Positions 53,006 through 62,585 of a stretch of 64,000 bases of DNA are shown here, piece after piece. A program made the position numbers and the translations under genes. This DNA comes from an uncultured SAR86 cluster bacterium. Its GTDB lineage: Bacteria > Pseudomonadota > Gammaproteobacteria > Magnimaribacterales > D2472. The notes under the pieces are model-generated. The model was not told the origin of the DNA, did no database searches, and worked only from the letters and a program-made list of their open reading frames with translations. Position 1 is the stretch's first letter. Every line of letters starts with the position of its first letter. The stretch is from contig CACADH010000004.1 in the NCBI GenBank assembly GCA_902531245.1, positions 21,197-85,196 on the forward strand, given 5' to 3'.

Positions 53006-53775
53006 TCAAAATTTGGCTCTCTTTTTTCAAAAAATGCTTTGACCGCTTCTCTATTTTGATCACTAACCGTTAATTCATTCTGAATTTCAGCTTCATTATG
53101 GAATGTATCCCAATAACCTTGATGTAAAGACTCTCTCATTAGTCTCTTAGTATGATTTAATGATTGTGATGATCTTTTTGCAAGTTTTTCTGCCCATTTG
53201 AAGGTTTCTGATTCTAAATCTTCCTTTTTAACAACTTTATTGGCCATTCCATATTTCAGGCAATCTTCAGCAGATATTTTTTTTGCCTCGATTGCATGCT
53301 CATATGCTTTTGAAAAACCCATGAACTTTGGTAAATACCATGATAGGCCTCCATCTGGAACTAGAGCGATATTGCTAAAAACAGAAAGAATATAACTATC
53401 TTCAGACATAACCCTCAAGTCACAGGACATTGCAATAGCAGCTCCAATTCCTGCTGCTGGACCAGATATTGCACCTATAACTGGTTTTGGCATGTTGATA
53501 ATATTTTCAAAAAAAGGTTTATATCCTCTAATAAGTGCATCTTTTGATCCTTTCCAACTTGCTTTTCGCTCGCTTAAATCTGCACCTGCTGAGAAACCCC
53601 TTCCTGATCCCGTTATTATCACAACCTTTATTGAATCATCATTTTTTACATCTTTTGTAGCTTCTTGAAAGTCCCAAACTAATTGTTCATTTACAGCATT
53701 TAAAAGCTCTGGTCTATTTAATTTTATGGTCGCAACCTTATCTTTTTTTGTCACTTCAATAGTTTTAAGTTTCAT
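53002..53775 (-). CDS. Enoyl-CoA hydratase/isomerase (crotonase) family protein
   Basis: Oxyanion-hole motif GSGRGFSAGADL, then GPAAGIGAA. 257 aa. Confidence 0.88.
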   Translation of the reverse strand: MKLKTIEVTKKDKVATIKLNRPELLNAVNEQLVWDFQEATKDVKNDDSIKVVIITGSGRGFSAGADLSERKASWKGSKDALIRGYKPFFENIINMPKPVIGAISGPAAGIGAAIAMSCDLRVMSEDSYILSVFSNIALVPDGGLSWYLPKFMGFSKAYEHAIEAKKISAEDCLKYGMANKVVKKEDLESETFKWAEKLAKRSSQSLNHTKRLMRESLHQGYWDTFHNEAEIQNELTVSDQNREAVKAFFEKREPNFD

Positions 53776-53786
53776 TTTCCCTCCTT

Positions 53787-54743
53787 CTATTTCTTTGAAA
53801 TTATTAAAAAACCATTATCATAAGTAATCTTTCCTGCGTCCTCTTCTTTATCTGATCTTGACCAAGTAACAATAGATTTAGGACCAGGATTAGAATCTAA
53901 AAAGGTTTTAAGAATCTCTTCCATTATTTTGCTATTAGGTAATGCAATATTACATTCCTTAATAGAATATCTCAAAATATCACAAATAATTAACCTGGAG
54001 ACTTTTTTCAATTTCTTTATTTCAATCTCCTTACCAATTAAGTTTTGATATTCATTCATCATTAAATCTGAATAATTTTTATTACGGTCTTGAATGATGG
54101 ATGACATTTTATTTAATCTTTGTGGGAAATTATTCCACCTGTCTTCAAGGAGAGGAAAAATTTTATTTCTTAAGAAATTTCTATCGAATTTATTATCTTT
54201 ATTAGAATCATCTTCAATAAAATCTACTTTGTTTTCTTTTAAATATTCCAAAATTTGTTTTTTTGTGACCTCTAAAAATGGTCTAATAAGAATTCCATTT
54301 CCGAGATTTCTTTTTTGTTTAGGCCCTTCAATCCCCTCAACGCCCGTTCCTCTTAACATTCTCATTAAGATTGTTTCAGCTACATCATCGCTATGATGCG
54401 CTAAAATAATCTGCTCATCCTCTTTAAGAATAGATTTAAAAATTTTATATCTTGATTTTCTTGCAGCTGATTCTATTCCACCACCCTCAGATTTAATTTG
54501 AACTGACTCTGTTATTAGATCAATATTTAAATCTAGACATACATTTTTGCAATGACTCTCCCAATCGTCTGATTTGTCTGAAAGGTTATGATTAATATGA
54601 ATTGCTTGTGGTGCTATTTTCATAAAAGTTTTCATTTTAGAAATAAGGTGAATCATAGCTGAGGAATCAGGACCACCACTAAAGGCTACATAAATCTTTT
54701 TATTTAGATCAACATTATTTTCAATTAATTTTTGAGTTAACAA
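53787..54743 (-). CDS. tilS: tRNA(Ile)-lysidine synthase, short form
   Basis: PP-loop motif AFSGGPDSSA, then HINHNL...S and LAHH.DD..ET. 318 aa, compared with ~430 in E. coli. Confidence 0.9.
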   Translation of the reverse strand: MLTQKLIENNVDLNKKIYVAFSGGPDSSAMIHLISKMKTFMKIAPQAIHINHNLSDKSDDWESHCKNVCLDLNIDLITESVQIKSEGGGIESAARKSRYKIFKSILKEDEQIILAHHSDDVAETILMRMLRGTGVEGIEGPKQKRNLGNGILIRPFLEVTKKQILEYLKENKVDFIEDDSNKDNKFDRNFLRNKIFPLLEDRWNNFPQRLNKMSSIIQDRNKNYSDLMMNEYQNLIGKEIEIKKLKKVSRLIICDILRYSIKECNIALPNSKIMEEILKTFLDSNPGPKSIVTWSRSDKEEDAGKITYDNGFLIISKK

Positions 54744-54746
54744 TTT

Positions 54747-57700
54747 TTAAATCTCTAGAATATTCTTACCAAATAGATCTTCTAAATAAAATAAATTCTC
54801 AAGAGTTGGATTGAATTTGAAATTATCTCCAATATCTATTATTGCCTCAGACTTATCTGATGATACTTTTACATTAAGCCTGCAATTACCATCACCCCAA
54901 AAATTTTTATCAATCGAATCAAGAGTTTTAGAAAATTCTTCTAGAGAAAACATCTCAGAATCCTTAATATTAATTAAAACCTCACTAACTTTTTTATCTA
55001 GTTCACGGTCGATGGGACAAACTTCCTTTACTCGCATACGAAACATAAGGCTTCCCAAGTCATTTGTTCTATAGTCATCTACCTCTACATTACCTTTCAA
55101 GTTTAAGATTGAACCCTCTTTTAAAAATTCGTGGCAACTTTCAAGGGTCTCACTTGAAACAATTCCATCCATAACTCCACTTCCATCATCAAAATTTATA
55201 AAAGTCAGTGGATTACCTTTTCTGTCTTTAATTTGTCTTATATTATTTACTAAACAAACTAAAGATGCTTTTTTTGTTTCATTGGTTAATTCGCTAATTT
55301 TTTTTGAACGAATTTTTTTTATTTTATCTTCTATTGCCAATACAGGATGTCCAGATAAATAGTAACCAAGTGATTTCTTCTCAAATTCTAATTTTTCACT
55401 TAATGTTAATTCTTGAATGTTTTTATATTTTTCATATGGATCAAAGCTTTCGTCCATTGATGAAAATAAATCACCACTCTTTAGATTTGAATTGCCATTT
55501 AAGGAATTACCATCTCTCAACATATCTTTTGTACATGCTATAGCAATACTTCTTGAGGGCGCTAATGAATCAAAAGCGCCTGATTGAGATAAGGCTTCAA
55601 GAGATTTCTTACCTCCAATTTTAATATCTATTTTCTTGGAGAAATCCCATAAATCTTTGAAGGTTAATTTTTCTCTACTTGAACATACATGTTTTATAAA
55701 TGAATCAGCAACTCCTTTTATAGCGCCAAGGCCAAACTCAATCTTCAACTCATTATTTACATTAAATCTTTTATTACTTGTTTGAATATTTGGATTTAAT
55801 ACCTCTATCCCCATGCGATCACATTCTTGAAGAAGAGCATGAATTTTATCTGTATTTCCTAGTTCTGAAGAAAGAACTGATGCCATAAAATGTTCTGGAT
55901 AATATGTTTTTAAAAAAGCTGTTTGATAAGACAATAGAGCATATGCGGCTGAATGGGATTTGTTAAAACCATATTCAGCAAACTGATTTATTAAATCAAA
56001 AATCTGTTCAGCATTTTTTTTCGTTATTTCATTTTTTAAGCAGCCTTTAACAAAAATTTCTCTTTGCTCTTCCATTTCTTCTTTCTTCTTTTTACCCATT
56101 GCTCTTCTAAGGATATCTGCCTGTCCAAGAGAAAATCCAGCTAAAACTCTTGCAGCTTCCATAACTTGTTCTTGGTAAACAATTACTCCATAGGTTTCCT
56201 CTAAAACAGTTTCTAATAGCTTATGTGGATATGTTACTGGGCTCTTTCCATGCTTTCTATCAACAAATTCATCATGCATACCAGAATTCAATGGACCAGG
56301 TCTATAAAGAGCAAGAAGAGCAGTAATTTCTTCAAACTTTGTAGGCTTTAATCTTTTTATTAGGTCTCTCATACCAGAAGATTCTAGTTGAAATACAGCC
56401 ATAGTTTTTCCTGAAGATAATAGTTTAAATACGTTTTCATCATTTAATGGAATATTATTAAGATCGATTTTTTTAGAGTCTTCTAAATTACTATTTATTG
56501 ACTTTACCGCTCTGTCTATTACGGTTAGAGTTCTCAGTCCTAGGAAATCAAACTTTACAAGACCAATTTTTTCAACATCGTCTTTATCATATTGAGTCAT
56601 GACTGAATCAGATTGACGATCAACATACACTGGACAAAAGTCAGATATACTTCCCGGAGCAATTACAACACCGCCTGCATGTTTGCCTACATTTCTGGCA
56701 ATCCCTTCAAGTTTGTATGATAAGTTTACTATTTCCCTTACCTCTGAATCATTTTTAATACTTTGAGCAAATAATGGTTGCTCAGACTTAGCTTTATCAA
56801 GTGTCATGCCAGGAGCAAATGGAATCATTTTAGATATCCTATCTCCAAGAGCATAGGGTTTACCCAATGCACGCGCGACATCTCTAACTACTGCCCTAGC
56901 TGCCATAGTTCCAAATGTAGCAATTTGTGAAACTGCTGATGATCCATATTTTTTGCTTACATAGTCTATTACTAGATCTCTTTTATCCATGCAAAAATCT
57001 ACGTCAAAATCCGGCATTGATAATCTTTCAGGATTTAAAAATCTTTCAAATAAAAGGCCATGAGATATTGGATCTAATGTAGTAATTCCAAGAGCATATG
57101 CAACTAAAGATCCTGCACCAGAACCTCTGCCTGGGCCAACTGGTACATCATTATTTTTAGACCATTCTATAAAATCATAGACTATTAAGAAATAACTCGA
57201 AAAGCCCATGCTTTTAATTTGATTTAACTCATAGTCTAATCTGGATAAATATTCTTTTTGTTTTTTCTTATCAAAATTATTAATATATTTATGTAATCTT
57301 TTAGTAGATACTTCTTCAAGGTATGAATTAAAATCATGTTTTTTTGGAACAGGGTATTCTGGTAGAAAATAACCTTTTGTATTTAGAGAAACATTACACT
57401 TCTTTGATATTTCATTGGTATTATCTATCAAAGATGAATAATCTTTAAAAAGTTCAGACATCTCTTTTGGTGATTTAAAATATTGCTGATTAGAAAATAG
57501 CCTTTCTCTATTTGGATCATTTAAAGTTTTTCCAGTATTGATACAAACCTTTGTTTCATGAATTTCATAATCATCTTCAGATGAAAATAAAACGTCATTA
57601 GTGGCAATTAAAGGGATGCCTTTTTCTTTGGCTAATGGAAGAACATTTTTAAAGTATTCACTCTCGTCAATTCTATTAGTTTTTTGTACTTCAAGCACAA

Positions 57701-58187
57701 AATCTTCCTTAAAATTATCTCTTAATATATCAATTCTTTTATTAGCTTCCGTAAAATTATTTGTTCTTAAATATTCATATATGTGACTATCTTTGCCACC
57801 AGAAATCACAATGATGTCGTCTTTTAGTGAAAGTAAATCATTAAAATGAATTATTGGTGAGTTATAAAGATTATTATTATGCGCGCTAGAGATTATCTTC
57901 ATTAAGTTTTTGTGTCCTTTGTTGGTTTTTGCTAAACAAAGTAACTCAAACGCATCATCATCATCTTCAAAAATTAATTTAATTGATGCGCCTGATATTG
58001 GTTTAATGCCAGCAGCTTCACATTTGTTAAAAAACTTAACAAGTCCAAACATATTTGATTTATCTGTAAGTGCAACTGATGGAACTGAGAGACGTTTAGC
58101 ATTATCAATAATTTGATCAACGGTTAATAATCCCTGAGAGATGCTATATTCCGATGAAACCCTTAAATGAGAAAATAATTCACTCAC
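54747..58187 (-). CDS. dnaE: DNA polymerase III alpha subunit
   Basis: 1146 aa with an N-terminal PHP domain (HLRVSSEYS), palm/fingers (PDFDVDF, GLVKFDFLGLRTLT, YRPGP) and an OB fold. Confidence 0.98.
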   Translation of the reverse strand: MSELFSHLRVSSEYSISQGLLTVDQIIDNAKRLSVPSVALTDKSNMFGLVKFFNKCEAAGIKPISGASIKLIFEDDDDAFELLCLAKTNKGHKNLMKIISSAHNNNLYNSPIIHFNDLLSLKDDIIVISGGKDSHIYEYLRTNNFTEANKRIDILRDNFKEDFVLEVQKTNRIDESEYFKNVLPLAKEKGIPLIATNDVLFSSEDDYEIHETKVCINTGKTLNDPNRERLFSNQQYFKSPKEMSELFKDYSSLIDNTNEISKKCNVSLNTKGYFLPEYPVPKKHDFNSYLEEVSTKRLHKYINNFDKKKQKEYLSRLDYELNQIKSMGFSSYFLIVYDFIEWSKNNDVPVGPGRGSGAGSLVAYALGITTLDPISHGLLFERFLNPERLSMPDFDVDFCMDKRDLVIDYVSKKYGSSAVSQIATFGTMAARAVVRDVARALGKPYALGDRISKMIPFAPGMTLDKAKSEQPLFAQSIKNDSEVREIVNLSYKLEGIARNVGKHAGGVVIAPGSISDFCPVYVDRQSDSVMTQYDKDDVEKIGLVKFDFLGLRTLTVIDRAVKSINSNLEDSKKIDLNNIPLNDENVFKLLSSGKTMAVFQLESSGMRDLIKRLKPTKFEEITALLALYRPGPLNSGMHDEFVDRKHGKSPVTYPHKLLETVLEETYGVIVYQEQVMEAARVLAGFSLGQADILRRAMGKKKKEEMEEQREIFVKGCLKNEITKKNAEQIFDLINQFAEYGFNKSHSAAYALLSYQTAFLKTYYPEHFMASVLSSELGNTDKIHALLQECDRMGIEVLNPNIQTSNKRFNVNNELKIEFGLGAIKGVADSFIKHVCSSREKLTFKDLWDFSKKIDIKIGGKKSLEALSQSGAFDSLAPSRSIAIACTKDMLRDGNSLNGNSNLKSGDLFSSMDESFDPYEKYKNIQELTLSEKLEFEKKSLGYYLSGHPVLAIEDKIKKIRSKKISELTNETKKASLVCLVNNIRQIKDRKGNPLTFINFDDGSGVMDGIVSSETLESCHEFLKEGSILNLKGNVEVDDYRTNDLGSLMFRMRVKEVCPIDRELDKKVSEVLINIKDSEMFSLEEFSKTLDSIDKNFWGDGNCRLNVKVSSDKSEAIIDIGDNFKFNPTLENLFYLEDLFGKNILEI

Positions 58188-58738
58188 TAAGTTATAACTC
58201 CTTTGAATGATTTCCTATGTATTTTACAACTACCAATTTGTTTAATGGCATCAAGATGTTCTTTAGTACCATAGCCTTTATTTTTTTTAAAGAAAAATCC
58301 TGGATATTTGGTTTCATATTTAATCATTAAATTATCTCTATACACTTTTGCAATTATAGATGAAGCACTAATGGCTTCCTCAATTGAATCGCCGCCAATA
58401 ATAGCCCTCATTGGGATATCTAGATCTGGTTTATGTATACCATCGACTAAAACCATAGTGGGTTTTATTGGTAAGTTAAGTATAGCTCTTTTCATTGCCA
58501 ATAAAGAAGCATTAAGAATATTAATTTGGTCAATCTTAATATTTGAGACAATTCCGAACCCATAATATGAACTTTTAAGAATTTCTTCTGATAGACATTC
58601 TCTTTTTTTTGGCGACAAAGACTTAGAGTCTTGTAAATTAGCTATTTTACTTTTTAAAATAACAGCAGCCGCAACTACCGGACCAGCTAAAGAACCTCTA
58701 CCAACCTCATCAGTGCCTGCAATAATAATTTTACTCAA
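58187..58738 (-). CDS. rnhB: Ribonuclease HII
   Basis: GTDEVGRGSLAGPVVAAAV and DSKSLS motifs. lpxB-rnhB-dnaE synteny. Confidence 0.95.
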   Translation of the reverse strand: MSKIIIAGTDEVGRGSLAGPVVAAAVILKSKIANLQDSKSLSPKKRECLSEEILKSSYYGFGIVSNIKIDQINILNASLLAMKRAILNLPIKPTMVLVDGIHKPDLDIPMRAIIGGDSIEEAISASSIIAKVYRDNLMIKYETKYPGFFFKKNKGYGTKEHLDAIKQIGSCKIHRKSFKGVIT

Positions 58739-59856
58739 AGTATGGTTATAGTTTTGACTGCCTCTGAATTCCCTTTTCCTTTAAGCATATTTCGAAGTAA
58801 TTCAGAGTTTTTGATACTTTCAGAAATGCTATTTTTTGTTTCTTCAACAGCATGAATAATATTTGCTACATTACAATCATTTTGAATAAGCTCTTTATAG
58901 ACCCTATCACCTAATAATAAATTAGGAAGACCCACATCTTTTATTTTTAGCATTCTGGAAATTATTGAATAATTTAAAAAGTTAGTCTTATAGCAAATTA
59001 TAGGTGGGCATTCTAGAACTGCTGATTCAAGTGTTGCTGTTCCAGAAGTTGCTACAGATAAATCAGAAATTGATAAAAAATCTCTCATTGAGTTTTCTTT
59101 AATCAAAATAGGTAGATCTTCATTTAAAAAATACTTATTTATAACCGATAGTATTTTTTTATCTGCTGCCGGAATTAAAAAAACGTAATTCTTATTTTTT
59201 TTAGAGTATTCTTTAATAAAATTAATGTAAATTGGTAAAAGATTATCAATTTCGGATTTTCTACTTCCAGGAAGAATAGAGATGTAATTTTTAGACTTAT
59301 CTAAATTATATTTACTAAATATTTCTTTGGAATCATTTTTGTATAAATTAAAAAATGGATGGCCAAGGTGCAAGCTTTTATGTCCTACTTTTTTGTAATA
59401 ATTATCTTCAAAATTGAATAAGCACAAAGTTAAATCTATATTAGCCTGAATTGATTTAATTCTATTTTGTCTCCATCCCCATACAGAAGGACTTACTACC
59501 TGAATATTCTTACTTGTATGATTTTTTTTGAGTATCTTATGAATGTCCATATTAAAGTCTGGTGAATCAATTCCAATAAAAATATCAATATTTTTATTGA
59601 TAAAAAGTGTGATTAAATTTTTTCTAAGTCTTGATAATTTTCTGAAGTTTATTAAAGGCTCTACAAGACCCATGATATTTAATTCAGAAAAATTGAATTC
59701 TGATTTTATTCCTAGTGCCTCAAGCTTTGGTCCGCCAACACCATACAAATTAACTGATGTATTTTTTTTTATTTCATTTATAAGGTCTGCTCCTAGCCTG
59801 TCTCCAGAATGTTCACCGCAGACAATACCAATATTAAGAGAATCTTTTTGAGACAC
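58735..59856 (-). CDS. lpxB: Lipid-A-disaccharide synthase
   Basis: GEHSGD, a GT19-family N-terminus and PGSR. 373 aa. lpxA-lpxB synteny. Confidence 0.93.
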   Translation of the reverse strand: MSQKDSLNIGIVCGEHSGDRLGADLINEIKKNTSVNLYGVGGPKLEALGIKSEFNFSELNIMGLVEPLINFRKLSRLRKNLITLFINKNIDIFIGIDSPDFNMDIHKILKKNHTSKNIQVVSPSVWGWRQNRIKSIQANIDLTLCLFNFEDNYYKKVGHKSLHLGHPFFNLYKNDSKEIFSKYNLDKSKNYISILPGSRKSEIDNLLPIYINFIKEYSKKNKNYVFLIPAADKKILSVINKYFLNEDLPILIKENSMRDFLSISDLSVATSGTATLESAVLECPPIICYKTNFLNYSIISRMLKIKDVGLPNLLLGDRVYKELIQNDCNVANIIHAVEETKNSISESIKNSELLRNMLKGKGNSEAVKTITIL

Positions 59857-60636
59857 TTACCTTAAAATTCCTCTTTCGGAAACTTCAAGAGATTGAATGA
59901 AGACATCTAGAAAGGGGTCATTAGCTTTTTTATTAAGCTCTTTAGACTTTTTAATTGCCTCTTCAATCTTTAAACCTTTTCTATAAACTAATTTATATGC
60001 TTTTTTAATTAAAGAGATTGAATCTGAGGTTATATTGTTTCTAGTCATTCCAACAGAATTTAATCCAATTACTCTAGCTGGATCAGCTGCAACTTTTACA
60101 TAAGCAGGAATATCCATATTAATTGAAGTATTCATACCAATAAAAGAGTAGTCTCCTATATTACAAAACTGATGAATGGTAGTAAGTGCGCCAATAGTGA
60201 TATTATTTCCAACACTTACATGCCCTGCTATTCCAGCATTGTTAGCAAAAACATTGCCATCACCAACAACACAATCATGAGCTATATGTGAATATGCCAT
60301 AAGAAGATTATCTGAGCCTATAGATGTGATGCTATTATCTTGAACGGTTCCTCTATGAACAGTTACCCCTTCTCTGAATATGTTTCTGTTACCAATTTCA
60401 AGTTTAGTTTTCTCTCCTTTAAATTTTTTATCAGGAGTATCTTCTCCAATTGTTGAAAATTGATAAAAAATATTTTCCTCGCCTATTGATGTGGGTCCCT
60501 TAAGAACTATATGGCTTAGAAGCTTTGATCCTTTTTTTATTTCTACATCCTCACCAACAATGCAAAATGGTCCAATCTCAACAGAATCATCTATTTTAGA
60601 TTTTGGGTGAATTATTGAAGTTGGATGAACTTTCAT
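59857..60636 (-). CDS. lpxA: Acyl-ACP--UDP-N-acetylglucosamine O-acyltransferase
   Basis: Hexapeptide-repeat beta-helix with IHPTSII and an LpxA C-terminal helical domain. 259 aa. Confidence 0.95.
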   Translation of the reverse strand: MKVHPTSIIHPKSKIDDSVEIGPFCIVGEDVEIKKGSKLLSHIVLKGPTSIGEENIFYQFSTIGEDTPDKKFKGEKTKLEIGNRNIFREGVTVHRGTVQDNSITSIGSDNLLMAYSHIAHDCVVGDGNVFANNAGIAGHVSVGNNITIGALTTIHQFCNIGDYSFIGMNTSINMDIPAYVKVAADPARVIGLNSVGMTRNNITSDSISLIKKAYKLVYRKGLKIEEAIKKSKELNKKANDPFLDVFIQSLEVSERGILR

Positions 60637-61076
60637 TTTGCTTTCCTATCTGCACATAAAATTATTGCTGAGCATACGAGCTCATTATTTAATTCAGCCC
60701 TACAATCAAATTTCCAAATTCCTCTCTTTTCTCCAAGAACTTTGCTATATATATCTATGGTATCACCTGGTCTTACTCTTTTTCTAAATCTTACTTTATC
60801 TACTCCAGCTAATACATAGATTGAACCTTCTTCTGGAGTCTTTCCCATTGTTAAAAAGCCCAGAATACCAGAAGCCTGTCCAAGAGCTTCAATTATTATG
60901 ACGCCAGGAAATATAGGATTGTCTGGAAAATGGCCTTCAAGAAAATACTCATCCTTGGCAATATATTTTCTTGCATGAATTTCATTGTTTATATCAATAT
61001 CTACTACTTCATCAATAAATAAAAATGGTTCTCTATGCGGTAGATATTCTTTAATATCATCTTTTGTGATTTTCAT
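60633..61076 (-). CDS. fabZ: 3-hydroxyacyl-ACP dehydratase FabZ
   Basis: LPHREPFLFID, GHFP..PIFPGV. 147-aa hotdog fold. Confidence 0.96.
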   Translation of the reverse strand: MKITKDDIKEYLPHREPFLFIDEVVDIDINNEIHARKYIAKDEYFLEGHFPDNPIFPGVIIIEALGQASGILGFLTMGKTPEEGSIYVLAGVDKVRFRKRVRPGDTIDIYSKVLGEKRGIWKFDCRAELNNELVCSAIILCADRKAK

Positions 61077-61077
61077 C

Positions 61078-62013
61078 TTATTTGCCTAATTTTTTTATGA
61101 AGACAGAAGATTGTGCCCAATCTTTATGGCTTTGTGCAGGCATAATTCCAACATAATTTCCAGATTCTTCAATATTCTTAGTAATTAATGTATGCGCTCC
61201 AACACTTACGTTATCACAAATATTTAAATGGCCTAACACTCCAGATAAGCCACCCATTTGGAAATTTTTACCAATCTTTGTAGAGCCTGCAACGGCACAC
61301 GAAGCAGCTATAGCAGAATTTTCTCCAAGAATTACATTATGAGCAATGTGAACTAAATTATCTAAAATAACTCCATCATGGATTACCGTATTATCAATTG
61401 CTCCTCTATCAATTGTGCAATTAGCTCCAATTTCAACATTGTTTCCAACCTTAAGTCCACCCAGTTGTTCAATTTTTACATAGCCTTCACTTGTAGGTGC
61501 AAATCCAAAACCATCAGAGCCCAAAACTGATCCATGATGTATTGTAGTTCCAGATAATATTTGGACATCTTTTACTAAACTACAATTAGCATGAATAACA
61601 ACATTTTCTTGAATATTACAGTTTTGTCCAATATAAACATTTGGACCAATGTAAACATTCTTGTGAATTGAAGTGTTTTCTGAAATTACAGCAGATTTGT
61701 GAATAAAGGGAATCTTAATATCATCTTCTTTCTTAAAAAACTTTGTAATTTTTGCATAAGCTAAATATGGATCTTTAGATTTAAGGTAAATAAAATTTCC
61801 ATCTTCCTCAAAATCTATACTAACAATAACTGCGCAAGCTTTTGATTGGCTTAAAGAATTCTTATATTTATTATTAGTTAAAAAGGTTATAGATCTTTCA
61901 TTGGCATTTTCTATTGTAGACAGATTGTCTACAGAACAACTTTGGTCTCCAATAATTGATGAACCAGTAGCTTCAGCTAATTCTTTTATAGTGAAGCTTT
62001 TGTTCTTTGACAC
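61078..62013 (-). CDS. lpxD: UDP-3-O-acylglucosamine N-acyltransferase
   Basis: LpxD N-terminal domain, hexapeptide repeats and GSDGFGFA. GTG start. 311 aa, ~30 aa shorter than E. coli at the C-terminus. Confidence 0.93.
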   Translation of the reverse strand: MSKNKSFTIKELAEATGSSIIGDQSCSVDNLSTIENANERSITFLTNNKYKNSLSQSKACAVIVSIDFEEDGNFIYLKSKDPYLAYAKITKFFKKEDDIKIPFIHKSAVISENTSIHKNVYIGPNVYIGQNCNIQENVVIHANCSLVKDVQILSGTTIHHGSVLGSDGFGFAPTSEGYVKIEQLGGLKVGNNVEIGANCTIDRGAIDNTVIHDGVILDNLVHIAHNVILGENSAIAASCAVAGSTKIGKNFQMGGLSGVLGHLNICDNVSVGAHTLITKNIEESGNYVGIMPAQSHKDWAQSSVFIKKLGK

Positions 62014-62555
62014 TAATCAGACTGCGATGAAGCCCCAGAAGCAGCAACATCTAGCATTGATGTTACATCATCAGTAAGATCAAGAGCAGGGTCGCTAAAA
62101 AGCAAGGTTTCATTCTTTGCAAGTAATACCTTAATTTGTTTAGCAGTAATTAACTCACTAATAATCTTCTGCATTGCAGCACCTGAATCATTAAAAACTT
62201 TTGCTGCAGTTTCTTCTTGAGCTTGTTGAATCTTTCCTGCTAGAAACTCAAGATCTTGTCCTTTGTCTTGAATATCTTTTTGCATTTGTGCAATTTCTTC
62301 TTGTGATAAAGTTTCAAGTTCTTTTTGGAGTTTTTCCGCAATAGCCTGCCTATCAGCCTGTAAAGATTTAGCTTCTTCAAGATTTGATGAATAATCAGGA
62401 TCTTCCTCAAGCGCTTTAAATGCATCTGCAGCTGATTGTGTTGATAAAACAGCTGTTCTCATATCAATAACAGCTACACCTTCCATTGCAAATAGTGGAA
62501 CTGCAACAAAAATCAACGATAGCAAGTATAGTTTTATTATATTTTTCATAAACAC
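62013..62555 (-). CDS. skp: Periplasmic chaperone Skp (OmpH)
   Basis: Signal peptide plus a long coiled-coil rich in Q/E/K. Conserved position between bamA and lpxD. Confidence 0.85.
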   Translation of the reverse strand: MFMKNIIKLYLLSLIFVAVPLFAMEGVAVIDMRTAVLSTQSAADAFKALEEDPDYSSNLEEAKSLQADRQAIAEKLQKELETLSQEEIAQMQKDIQDKGQDLEFLAGKIQQAQEETAAKVFNDSGAAMQKIISELITAKQIKVLLAKNETLLFSDPALDLTDDVTSMLDVAASGASSQSD

Positions 62556-62585
62556 CCCTTATTGGATTTGAACATTTTATATTAA

